This document shows, one piece after another, positions 9,358 through 18,610 of a stretch of 64,000 nt of DNA. Within the stretch, counting starts at the first letter, position 1. Each line of letters begins with the position of its first letter. The position numbers and the translations under genes are program-made. The notes below the pieces were generated by a model. That model ran no database searches. It was given only the letters and a program-made list of their open reading frames with translations, and was not told the origin of the DNA. Source of the stretch: a virus; IMG/VR virus record IMGVR_UViG_3300034102_002416, one strand, 5' to 3'.

Positions 9358-10224
9358 TTATAATGTAGCTTGTTCGAGGTTATCAGCAGAATCATATGGA
9401 ATACCTTCACCATCTTCTATAGTTACATCCGGATACATTTTACAAATAACATTGATCAATGTATTCATCGTATTTAATCTGTCGTACTCAGTTGTTAACT
9501 TTGCTGTCTTAGTATAGTCTAATGCTGGCTGTATTGTACCAACTTGAAATTCTAATAGTCTGGTTATAACTGTTTTAAAGTTTCTAGGTTCATATGTCTC
9601 AGCGGTATCAATTTCTAGATCAATTTCGCCAACTAATTGCGTTTCGAATTGATTTTTAATTAAAAGATATGCGTCTTCTATCGTTTTGTATGTTCGACGT
9701 AAAGTTGCAAATTCGGTAACTTGATCTGCTATTGGTTGCAGAATAATAGCATCGGCTTGGTCATAGTAATCATATGGATCAAACGTTAAACCGAGTTCAC
9801 CTTGTTTCCATTTCACCGGTAGTTTAAAATTTCTAGTTAAACTACCATAGTTAGTCGTTTTTGGTATGTTAATTGTAACGCTTAACACACTAGAGTCTTT
9901 ATATTTTGTTACGAATTTAAGTAATCTTGAATTAGACAACATACTAGTTAAATTAATAGTAATATATCCTGTTTCATCAATTAAAAATCTTGTAGTAAAT
10001 AAGTTATCTGTAGTATCATCAATAATGTACCGGGATGGAAACATACTAGTCTCTCGATCCGCTTGATTTAGATCGGTTATTCGCAAAGAATTATCTGCAG
10101 TGGCTGCTTGGTCCGTTGAATTAATTGAATTAAGAGCTACGTCAAGTTGACCGGTAATACCAGATACCGTTATATTTTCCGATACATCGGGATCTGATTC
10201 GAATTTAAAACTAATAGTATTCAC
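9358..10224 (-). CDS. Hypothetical protein (possibly structural)
   Basis: 288-aa ORF, GTG start directly after the upstream stop. Confidence 0.65.
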   Translation of the reverse strand: MNTISFKFESDPDVSENITVSGITGQLDVALNSINSTDQAATADNSLRITDLNQADRETSMFPSRYIIDDTTDNLFTTRFLIDETGYITINLTSMLSNSRLLKFVTKYKDSSVLSVTINIPKTTNYGSLTRNFKLPVKWKQGELGLTFDPYDYYDQADAIILQPIADQVTEFATLRRTYKTIEDAYLLIKNQFETQLVGEIDLEIDTAETYEPRNFKTVITRLLEFQVGTIQPALDYTKTAKLTTEYDRLNTMNTLINVICKMYPDVTIEDGEGIPYDSADNLEQATL

Positions 10225-10225
10225 A

Positions 10226-10393
10226 TTATCCTTTTGATACGATAGACCAAATCGTGCCAGTAAGTGTAATTACACCACCAACTATTTCTGTTACTACGGT
10301 TTCATCAACTAATCCACGCATAACAAAGATACCTCCAACAAATGTTAAAGCATGACGAATAATTCCTAAGATTTGTTCTTTTGTAAGTTTCAT
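10226..10393 (-). CDS. Small two-TM membrane protein, putative holin
   Basis: Not in track; MKLTKEQILGIIRHALTFVGGIFVMRGLVDETVVTEIVGGVITLTGTIWSIVSKG; AAAGGA RBS and late motif at 10408-10415. Confidence 0.65.
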   Translation of the reverse strand: MKLTKEQILGIIRHALTFVGGIFVMRGLVDETVVTEIVGGVITLTGTIWSIVSKG

Positions 10394-10419
10394 ATTTTCC
10401 TTTTTATATAAATATTTGA

Positions 10420-11229
10420 TTATGTGCTTTTAATCACAACTGTAACATTAACGCCCCAAACGGCACTACTTGCACCAGTTTCTGTTAGTCTAATTGTAAC
10501 TATTTCACCGCCATTAACTGCGGTACCTGGTTCAATTGCACCAGCCTCATATGCGTTACTTAAATCTAATTGTTTAATAGCAGTAATATTAGTACCATCG
10601 ATAAATAAATCAGTATCTACCGTAGCCGATCCGGTGGTTGATGCATAGGATGTGGCTGCAGCATATATAATATCACCGGCGAAAGGCGCTACTAATCCAA
10701 TTTGATTTGGACCTACTGTGTTCGGTAGAGCTGCGAAGCCTCCGATATATGTTTCTCGTCCATTTACTGTATTTGTTACTTGTGAATGAAAAAATGTTAA
10801 AGTTATGTATTCAGTACCAGATCCAATTGCATTTAATGCATAGGATGCTGTTGTAGCAAAAGATGCTGTCCCAGTAAGTGTACCCAAAAGCGATCCAGTA
10901 AATGAAGTTGCTCTTACAGGTGCATTAATTAATAACCCTAAATTCGAAAATGAAGAAGAAATAATCCCGTTCCGGTGGCGAATCTGAGTATCTAAACTAT
11001 TATTAGTAGCATTTAATAAAACGATACCCGATGTTTCGGAAATAAAATATCCGTTTGTTCCTATTTGTAAATTAGTTATTCCAGCACTTCCTGTAAATGA
11101 TCCAGTAAATGATCCAGAAGCTATAATGCTATCGGTACCAACTCCACTTAATGCATCTATAGCTCGGGTTATGTGTTCTGCTTGAATAGTACCACCATTA
11201 GTAATACCTGTTTTATTTATTATTGCCAT
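10420..11229 (-). CDS. Virion fibre/structural protein
   Basis: G/S/T-rich repeats GSFTGSFTGS and TASFATTASYA; beta-rich C-terminal domain. Confidence 0.6.
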   Translation of the reverse strand: MAIINKTGITNGGTIQAEHITRAIDALSGVGTDSIIASGSFTGSFTGSAGITNLQIGTNGYFISETSGIVLLNATNNSLDTQIRHRNGIISSSFSNLGLLINAPVRATSFTGSLLGTLTGTASFATTASYALNAIGSGTEYITLTFFHSQVTNTVNGRETYIGGFAALPNTVGPNQIGLVAPFAGDIIYAAATSYASTTGSATVDTDLFIDGTNITAIKQLDLSNAYEAGAIEPGTAVNGGEIVTIRLTETGASSAVWGVNVTVVIKST

Positions 11230-11425
11230 TTCCTATATTCCTTTTTTTATACATTGGCCAATTTTTTGTTCGTTCATTCAACCATTCTCGTCGATCATCA
11301 CACCCACAATCTTCATCTAATAACTCAGCAATTCGTTTTGCAAGTTGATCTAATCCTGTAGCTGATGTTATCCGTTTAATATCATCACCTAAACCTCTAC
11401 TACCATTTTGCATCGATTGCTCCAT
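11213..11425 (-). CDS. Small phage protein (GLGD...CGC motif)
   Basis: GLGDDIKRITSATG...DCGCDDRREWLN. Confidence 0.65.
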   Translation of the reverse strand: MEQSMQNGSRGLGDDIKRITSATGLDQLAKRIAELLDEDCGCDDRREWLNERTKNWPMYKKRNIGNGNNK

Positions 11426-12491
11426 TTTGAATTGAGTTTTGTAATTGCATGATCATAGTTTGCCATTGTGCCGTATTTGGTATTTCAAATACTTGTGTGC
11501 CCGGATATTGATATTGTTGTCCCGGTTTCATTAAAATCATATGACCCGTGTCATCGATTCCTAAAACATCATATTCAACATGTTCCATTGTGATGCCTCC
11601 ATATGGCGTAGGTATCATTGTGCATTTACCTGGATGTCTCCATTGCCCCATCGGATCGGTAACTGCTTGTGTCTGTGTTAACACAGAATCCCACCCGGTA
11701 GTGTCTAACTTCTTTTTACCAGTTACATGCATTATCAATGATTCAGTAACATCTGCATGTTTATTTTCTTGAATTATATCCATAACCTCTTGTTTAACAA
11801 TGTTTTCTATAGATAACCTACCTATAGATATCGTTTGCTCTAATCTGTTTAAACGTTCGATATATCCTTTATTACGTAGATGTTTAAATGCCATGTTTTC
11901 TACAGAATATTCACCATTAGCATCTAAACCAGACTGTCGTAATTTTCTTAATTTATTTTTAATTTTATTAATTTTCTTTATAGCAGTTGGATCTGTTTCT
12001 TTAATTGAATCGATTTCATATTCATATGGTTTTGCTTTTTGTTCAATAGCATCATCATCAATCGATATAGTATCAGCCGTTGGTTTATGCAGCCATTTAT
12101 TTTTTAACACAGAAAACACACCAACCGTTGAATGTAGGTTCTCATTCGAGTCTTGTGCATATAACTCAATATCCATTCCTTTATATTTTAACGGATATTT
12201 TAAATTCCATACACTCTTTTTTGCATGCATATAATTACTTACTAGATGCATGTTATCGTTAACCTGTAAATAATTTATAACAACATGTAAATCGATATCG
12301 CTAAATTTAGTCCAATTATAGTTTGCACTACTTCCAATTAATATAATATCTAATACCGGAGCATCTGTTTCTAGAAATTTATAGAATGATCTCGCAATTT
12401 TCAATAAACCTAATCGCAATTTAGGATGTAACTCGGTACCATTCCAAAGTTTTGGATTTAGTGTAGACTGAGTTTCATATTCATTAATCAT
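11400..12491 (-). CDS. Pol-beta-superfamily nucleotidyltransferase fused to a C-terminal domain
   Basis: IGSSANYNWTKFSDIDLH (GS...DxD) and IELYAQD third acidic residue. Confidence 0.75.
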   Translation of the reverse strand: MINEYETQSTLNPKLWNGTELHPKLRLGLLKIARSFYKFLETDAPVLDIILIGSSANYNWTKFSDIDLHVVINYLQVNDNMHLVSNYMHAKKSVWNLKYPLKYKGMDIELYAQDSNENLHSTVGVFSVLKNKWLHKPTADTISIDDDAIEQKAKPYEYEIDSIKETDPTAIKKINKIKNKLRKLRQSGLDANGEYSVENMAFKHLRNKGYIERLNRLEQTISIGRLSIENIVKQEVMDIIQENKHADVTESLIMHVTGKKKLDTTGWDSVLTQTQAVTDPMGQWRHPGKCTMIPTPYGGITMEHVEYDVLGIDDTGHMILMKPGQQYQYPGTQVFEIPNTAQWQTMIMQLQNSIQNGAIDAKW

Positions 12492-14266
12492 TCGATATCC
12501 AATTCGCGTTTTAATGTAAGTATCTCTTCTTCCGAATATCCCTTTTCACGCAGTGTTGCTAATCGATCAGTGGTTTGTCCAGATGCATTTTTAAAATCGA
12601 TTTTTATTTGAGATCCAACCGTACTAATAGTACTCGGTTCATCGACAGTCGCAGATTGGTCTGCATTACCAACTGATCCGATTCCTAACCCAGCTGCAAC
12701 TCCAGTTACAGCAGCTACTGGTTGCTCTACATATGTTTTTAAGTAGTTATTATATACCATATACAACGCCGGCATGATAACTCCTTGTGGATTATCTTCT
12801 GTGTCCCATCCAATTTTTTCTGCGAAATCTTCTAATTCATTGTATACAATATCAACGTTCTTTGGATTTGACAATCGATATGAATCTAATTTAATTATTT
12901 TAGAAAACATTTCAGGCATTCCCGCAGTAGCTACTGCCCCAGGTCGAAATATGTTAGATGCTTGTGAAAATGTATTTTCAACATATGTTTTATACAATTT
13001 ATTATCAGTGGATGTTCTGGCAATATAATCTGATATCTTTTTCCATTTTAATGGATCGGTCTGTTTAACATTATCCATCCAATCTCTAATTTGAGAAAAA
13101 GATTTTACTTGAAGCCACGGAGGTATTCCAAATGATGCCGCTTCCGCAGCTGAATACTTTTTATTGCTTTTAAATATAAGTGCAGTTTTATCTGGACTAT
13201 TTATTAGTTGCTTTGCCCATCGAACATCCATCGCATCCTTAAGCAATTTTAATTCTCTTGTACCTACTCCATATTTTTTTAAGATATTTTTAGCAGTGCT
13301 ATATACACCAACAGATCCAATAGTTAACACTTTATTTAAAACATTACCACCAGTTTTAGCAGCTTTTGATGCTTTAGCTGCCGCAACAACTTTTGATGCA
13401 AAAGATTGTCTAATAGGCCTAGTTACTGTGTTGTTTAATGAACCAATAACTCGATCTATTTGTCTGTCAACCCCAGGTCCGAAGTATTTCTTTCCCTTTA
13501 AAAGAATGTTAGCCACAGCATCGCCTTTATCAGCTACTAGTTTTAAATGAGACTTGCTAAGTTTACCAGACGCAACTGCTTCTTGATAAAATTTAGTTAA
13601 CTGTGTAATACTACTGCTAGATCCACCTGCAGCTTGTTTCCAAATTTTAGATGCCGAACTCATTCCGCCTAAAGTTTGTATAGCACCTTTAAAACCTAAT
13701 TTTATACCAGATCCTACAACTGGTATGATTGCAACTAAAGATAAAGTACCTTCTAAATATTTACCTCTAGAAAAATATATTATAGCATTAACAGCATCTA
13801 TTATATCACCATATCCTGGAATCAATCCAAGCCAATCCATTGCAGTTTGAATAGTATCAATGGTAGATGGAGCTTTGTCGCGAGCTTGTTTTGCTGTAAT
13901 TGCTTGTTGTTTTTGTTTGCTTTGTTTCTGTTTTCTTAACGACGAAACTTTAATTACTTCTAATTCGTTGCCATCAACTGATAATTTAGGTGTACCGCCG
14001 GTTTCTGAATAGTTCCACGTTGTTTCGGTGTTTGATGATTGAATATATGCAGTACCATCACTAAATAATTGTACCATGCCTATTTCAGGATCATCAAATG
14101 AATATGTTCTTAACCCAGAAAAGTTTCCTGGTGTTTCACCAGACGATCGAAATAGTTGATCAACTTTAGTCCATTTGGGTGAAGTTTGTTCTTGTATTAG
14201 TTGTTCCGTAAGAACAGATTCAACTTCTTCCTGTATAATTGTATTTATTACTTTAAATTTTGACAT
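12488..14266 (-). CDS. Large protein with pre-toxin TG (PT-TG)-like helical hairpin
   Basis: MDWLGLIPGYGDIIDAVNAIIYF...GTLSLVAIIPVVG; N-terminal IIQEE/VLTE/LIQE motifs; late motif at 14285-14292. Confidence 0.6.
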   Translation of the reverse strand: MSKFKVINTIIQEEVESVLTEQLIQEQTSPKWTKVDQLFRSSGETPGNFSGLRTYSFDDPEIGMVQLFSDGTAYIQSSNTETTWNYSETGGTPKLSVDGNELEVIKVSSLRKQKQSKQKQQAITAKQARDKAPSTIDTIQTAMDWLGLIPGYGDIIDAVNAIIYFSRGKYLEGTLSLVAIIPVVGSGIKLGFKGAIQTLGGMSSASKIWKQAAGGSSSSITQLTKFYQEAVASGKLSKSHLKLVADKGDAVANILLKGKKYFGPGVDRQIDRVIGSLNNTVTRPIRQSFASKVVAAAKASKAAKTGGNVLNKVLTIGSVGVYSTAKNILKKYGVGTRELKLLKDAMDVRWAKQLINSPDKTALIFKSNKKYSAAEAASFGIPPWLQVKSFSQIRDWMDNVKQTDPLKWKKISDYIARTSTDNKLYKTYVENTFSQASNIFRPGAVATAGMPEMFSKIIKLDSYRLSNPKNVDIVYNELEDFAEKIGWDTEDNPQGVIMPALYMVYNNYLKTYVEQPVAAVTGVAAGLGIGSVGNADQSATVDEPSTISTVGSQIKIDFKNASGQTTDRLATLREKGYSEEEILTLKRELDIE

Positions 14267-14291
14267 GATACATCGTATTTATTAATAAATA

Positions 14292-14642
14292 TCACGTTTT
14301 CCAAAAGAGCTGTACTAATATTAGTGCAAATGCTAATAATAAAGATATTGCAGTTTTTGCATTAATTGCCTCATCACGAAAAATATATGTCATTAGTGTG
14401 AATATGAATATACCAGCACAAAATGAAATAAAACGTCCGGGCCAAAATAACCCACCGAATCCATACACAACATAACTAGTTGCTTCCATAAACAACCACG
14501 TGATAGGAACTCCTAGTAACATTAAAGCCCATCGCCATTCTTTTGCCCATGGCCAAATTAATGGACCATTAACTTGTATCCAAACTATAATTTGACCTAA
14601 AATAAATAGTAAAAATGATAATAGTATGTAACGATAATTCAT
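14292..14642 (-). CDS. Four-TM small membrane protein (SMR/DMT-like size)
   Basis: 116 aa with four hydrophobic segments. Confidence 0.65.
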   Translation of the reverse strand: MNYRYILLSFLLFILGQIIVWIQVNGPLIWPWAKEWRWALMLLGVPITWLFMEATSYVVYGFGGLFWPGRFISFCAGIFIFTLMTYIFRDEAINAKTAISLLLAFALILVQLFWKT

Positions 14643-14694
14643 ATACTATAATATGAACTTATTACATGTATTCAAAATTATATTAATACGATTA

Positions 14695-15111
14695 TTATCG
14701 TTCGCCTTTATGTGTATCAAATTTATCTAGAATTTGATTCAAAAGGTTTGCTTGAATGAATCCAGCCATGGATGCATTTTTTAATGCACTTAATAATTCA
14801 AAAACAATAAATGGCACCAATATTGTTTCACTTAACCAACCGGTGCCAGGAAATCCTTTTTCCACTAGCAATAACACTGTTAAAATTACAATCCATGTTA
14901 CTGTGGTTCGCAATACTTTTAGTGCTTTAAATGTTTGGAAGCCTTCTCGTTTAACGCCAGCAACTATTCCAAAAAACCCGTCGAACAATACCACAGCAAT
15001 TAATGCCAAATATTGTTCGACGTGATCTAAGGTTAGATTGTAAAAATATGTACTAATAAATGTCATGGTTGTTGTTAGTACAAGTGATATTGCTAATGGG
15101 ATTGATTTCAT
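14695..15111 (-). CDS. Phage holin (holin family 4-like)
   Basis: Several TM segments, D.F.G and ELLSALKNA motifs; start overlaps the endolysin stop. Confidence 0.75.
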   Translation of the reverse strand: MKSIPLAISLVLTTTMTFISTYFYNLTLDHVEQYLALIAVVLFDGFFGIVAGVKREGFQTFKALKVLRTTVTWIVILTVLLLVEKGFPGTGWLSETILVPFIVFELLSALKNASMAGFIQANLLNQILDKFDTHKGER

Positions 15112-15929
15112 TATTTTATATCATTGGATTCAATTAATGTGTATGAAAATTTATTTCCGTTTGCTGCACGAGCTATACGACAAATTGCCATAAACTCTTC
15201 GAAGTCTTTAGAACGTTTAAATACTTGGCATCCTTCTGACCAATTCTCTACAAATGTTGAGTCTGCACCAGCTTTATGAATATTGATTCCAAATACACCT
15301 TCTTGAATTTTATTTTCATCATATGTCATATCCTTGTTCGGATCACGGAATACTTTAACTGCTTTATTTTGTCCTAAGGCTTCATATTTCCCAGCATGTA
15401 ATCGCATAATATGAGAATCAATATATTGTCCTTCTACTAATCGTGCTACACCCGCTTTGTTTCCATATTTCATAACGCCCTTTGTTCCAGGATCTGTTGT
15501 TGCTGGCCAGCAATGGAATTTTTCTTCACCACCAACTGTGTAAGATAATGTGATATGGTCGTCAAACAAATTTGTTACTTTGTGACCTGTGTCGGAATTT
15601 CGAGCTCCTACAATGTTTAATAGATAATCTTTACCTTCAAACCATTTGTATCCTTTTGCAATAACTGCATTCTTAACTTGCTCTAATGTATATTTAGGAG
15701 CAGCAGTTGTTTTAGAAGCTGGTTTTGCTGCAGTTTTTGATTCTACAACTATTCCCATTTTAGCTAATGTAGCAGGTCCTACTACTCCATCTGCTTTTAA
15801 ACCATTCTTAGTTTGCCAAGCTTTTACTGCTTCTTCTGTCTTAGGGCCAAAGTTTCCTACTGGATCTACACCTAATACTACTTGAATTTTCTTTACAACT
15901 TCGTTGTTGTCACCTCTTTTAAGTACCAT
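15111..15929 (-). CDS. Endolysin-like: peptidoglycan-binding domain plus YkuD/L,D-transpeptidase-like catalytic domain
   Basis: LKRGD...GNFGPKTEEAVKAWQ...GLKADGVVGPAT (PG_binding_1); GINIH...WSEGCQV His/Cys motif. Confidence 0.8.
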   Translation of the reverse strand: MVLKRGDNNEVVKKIQVVLGVDPVGNFGPKTEEAVKAWQTKNGLKADGVVGPATLAKMGIVVESKTAAKPASKTTAAPKYTLEQVKNAVIAKGYKWFEGKDYLLNIVGARNSDTGHKVTNLFDDHITLSYTVGGEEKFHCWPATTDPGTKGVMKYGNKAGVARLVEGQYIDSHIMRLHAGKYEALGQNKAVKVFRDPNKDMTYDENKIQEGVFGINIHKAGADSTFVENWSEGCQVFKRSKDFEEFMAICRIARAANGNKFSYTLIESNDIK

Positions 15930-15965
15930 AATTAACTCTTTTTTTTTTTGTTATTACTATGTTTT

Positions 15966-17081
15966 TTATTTTTTTTCTTTACTGCCTTCTTGTGTAGCAT
16001 ACTTGATACCCATGATTGTACCAACTATTGAAAAGGCATTTGTTAATAATACACTAAACATATTACTCCATGTAGAGCCTATTATTTGTGTGTCTTGGTT
16101 TGTTATAATAGCCATCCAGTATAATGTTGTTGTTACAACTCCTACTCCTACTATAACAGCTAATGCAACTTTAACAATTATTTTTATTAGCTCACTTTGG
16201 CTTTTTTTCATCATGACATCTAAGTCATTTAGTGCTGCATCTTTTTCTATCTCAATTGCATTCTTAAGCTTTTGTGAGTTATCAAGTTCTACCTGTAAAT
16301 TTGTTGTTAAGTCGTCGATTTTCTTCTTATTGTTTACAGCCTCAGTGACATCGGTTGCAATTTTAACTACATCAGTGATATTTCCTTTACTGTCTAAAAC
16401 AGGATTGTAAGATGCTTGTAAATAAACAGTAGATCCATCTACTTTTCTTCTTTCAAATATTCCATCAAAATACTTACCTTTTCTTAAACTATCCCAAAAC
16501 TTAGTATAGTCATCAGATTTAGAATACTCATAGCTAACAAAAATGCTGTGATGTTTTCCAATGACTTTAGCTTTTTCATTAGCTTTATAACCCATGGTTT
16601 CTAAGAATATAGAATTTGCATCTGTTATAAATCCATCAATGTTAAAACTAATAAGAGCTGTACTTCTGTTGATGGCATCTATCTGTTTCTTGCTATTGAC
16701 AATTGCACTAATGTCAGTAGCAACTTTCATTATCTTGGTAATCTTGTTGTCTTCATCAAAAATAGGGTTATAAGTTGCTTGAAGATTGATAAGACTTCCA
16801 TCTTTTCTTCGTCTTTCAAACTCACCTTGATAATACTTACCACTTCTTAAGATATCCCAAAACTTTTCATACTCATATGACTTTGCGTAATCTTCACATA
16901 CAAACATGCTATGGTGTTTACCGATAAGATCTTCGTGTTTACCTATACCATAACCCATTGCTTCCAAAAAAATGTCATTAACGCCTAATATGATACCATT
17001 AAGATCGAAATAAATAAGAGCATTACTCCTATTAATTGCTTCTATCCTGCTTAATAACTCTTCTTTTGATAGGTTTTTCAT
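15966..17081 (-). CDS. Tandem-PAS sensor protein with coiled coil and two C-terminal TM helices
   Basis: Two ~120-aa repeats AINRS.ALI.F...G.I...N.IFLE.MGY...IGKHHS.FV...FWD.LR.GKY..G.FERR..DGS...LQA.YNP, typical of BdlA-type chemoreceptor PAS domains; no MCP or kinase domain. Confidence 0.85.
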   Translation of the reverse strand: MKNLSKEELLSRIEAINRSNALIYFDLNGIILGVNDIFLEAMGYGIGKHEDLIGKHHSMFVCEDYAKSYEYEKFWDILRSGKYYQGEFERRRKDGSLINLQATYNPIFDEDNKITKIMKVATDISAIVNSKKQIDAINRSTALISFNIDGFITDANSIFLETMGYKANEKAKVIGKHHSIFVSYEYSKSDDYTKFWDSLRKGKYFDGIFERRKVDGSTVYLQASYNPVLDSKGNITDVVKIATDVTEAVNNKKKIDDLTTNLQVELDNSQKLKNAIEIEKDAALNDLDVMMKKSQSELIKIIVKVALAVIVGVGVVTTTLYWMAIITNQDTQIIGSTWSNMFSVLLTNAFSIVGTIMGIKYATQEGSKEKK

Positions 17082-17134
17082 TCGAATATTCTTTCAGTTT
17101 TACGTCAAAATTAAATTTGATAGTGACAACTAAA

Positions 17135-17395
17135 TTAACCTAGTTCTTCTTCGTTATTATTTTGATTGTTGTTATTTTTACCTGCAAATTTTTCTAAACC
17201 TGCAATACCCAAACTACCTAAAGTAACAATAACAAATGAATTGTAAATGTATTCGTTAAGTTTCAACTCATTACCAAAGTAACCAGTTACTAAATCAACT
17301 ATCATTGCCAATGTCATTACTGCGAAAGACATAAATCCAATGATTGTTTTTTCATTGTAATCGTTTGAGTTTTTAAAAATTTCATTAAACCTCAT
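17135..17395 (-). CDS. Two-TM membrane protein (holin-like)
   Basis: 86 aa, two hydrophobic helices, polar tail; late motif at 17457-17464. Confidence 0.6.
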   Translation of the reverse strand: MRFNEIFKNSNDYNEKTIIGFMSFAVMTLAMIVDLVTGYFGNELKLNEYIYNSFVIVTLGSLGIAGLEKFAGKNNNNQNNNEEELG

Positions 17396-17467
17396 AGCAT
17401 TTCCTTGTTTTTATTTGTTTAAAACAATAACCTATTCAATTTAAAGTAACTTTTTAATAAATATGTA

Positions 17468-18610
17468 TTAGATTATATTAATAAGATTTTTTTCGTATGT
17501 TTCTAATGAATATACAGATATTTTGAGATTGCCTAATTGAAAGTCACCAATTTCACCTGAATCCTGTATAATAGATGCTAATTGTTGAATATACATGAAA
17601 TCCTGGTTTGTTAATTGTAGTTTATCAAATTCTACTACAATATCATTTTCACCATGCGGATCATTGTAGCCGGTATGAAGTACTCGTTTTGTTAGATCGA
17701 ATTTAGTATTCGGTTGTTCTCGATCAATGTAATGAGTTGTTATAACCTGCATATTATCTTCAATATATATTCTATCACACCACGGTTCTAATAGTTCTAA
17801 TACATCTGATGTGCAATTTTTTACTATGAATGCAATGTTATATTTTGGAGCTTCGGATCTACTTCCCCATTTTCTAACGTAGTTTCGATTGGATGTCAAT
17901 TCTATTTGTTGAGTTCTGGTTTGATATTCTTCTGAAAATCTAGATGTCTTACTTACAAAATGATAACATATCGCATCCAATGCCGTAAAACATTTCATTC
18001 CTAACATTTTCCAACGACAAATTAAATCATCATCTTCACAAAACATTGGATTGAATAAATTATCCATACCTCCAATTTCTAACAACTTGATTCTAGGCAT
18101 ACACATAAAAAACGTAATACCAGATTCGGTTTTATCAGCATATTGTTTTTGTTTGATTTGTACAAACTCATATAAAGCATCTTTATCGAACGCCTCTATA
18201 GATGTACCTAAATCATATATCAATTTACCAGGACGTTCATGATCTGCGAATATAGGCGGCTCTATTGTGGTATATGACACTATATTTTCAGAGTTTACAT
18301 GTTTTTCTAAATTTTCAATGAATCCCGGGGCTAAAACGATATCGTTATGCAAATATGCTACATAATCTTTAGTTGCTAATTCAGCAGCTTTATTAAACGT
18401 ATCGGAAAATGTTTTAGATTCATCCGAATAAAAATACTTAACATTATTATCCGTTAATGTTTCTAACCATTCGTGAGTCCCATCTGTTGATCCGTAACTT
18501 ACAAAACATAATTCTGTATCTGGATAAAGTTCTCGAGTTGTTTCATAAAAATGTTTGTTGTAGTCTAAATTATTCTTTAATCCTACTAATAATGATATGT
18601 TATTTTTCAT
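17468..18610 (-). CDS. Glycosyltransferase family 2
   Basis: GSTDGT, YLHNDIV and EDDDL GT-A motifs. Confidence 0.85.
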   Translation of the reverse strand: MKNNISLLVGLKNNLDYNKHFYETTRELYPDTELCFVSYGSTDGTHEWLETLTDNNVKYFYSDESKTFSDTFNKAAELATKDYVAYLHNDIVLAPGFIENLEKHVNSENIVSYTTIEPPIFADHERPGKLIYDLGTSIEAFDKDALYEFVQIKQKQYADKTESGITFFMCMPRIKLLEIGGMDNLFNPMFCEDDDLICRWKMLGMKCFTALDAICYHFVSKTSRFSEEYQTRTQQIELTSNRNYVRKWGSRSEAPKYNIAFIVKNCTSDVLELLEPWCDRIYIEDNMQVITTHYIDREQPNTKFDLTKRVLHTGYNDPHGENDIVVEFDKLQLTNQDFMYIQQLASIIQDSGEIGDFQLGNLKISVYSLETYEKNLINII

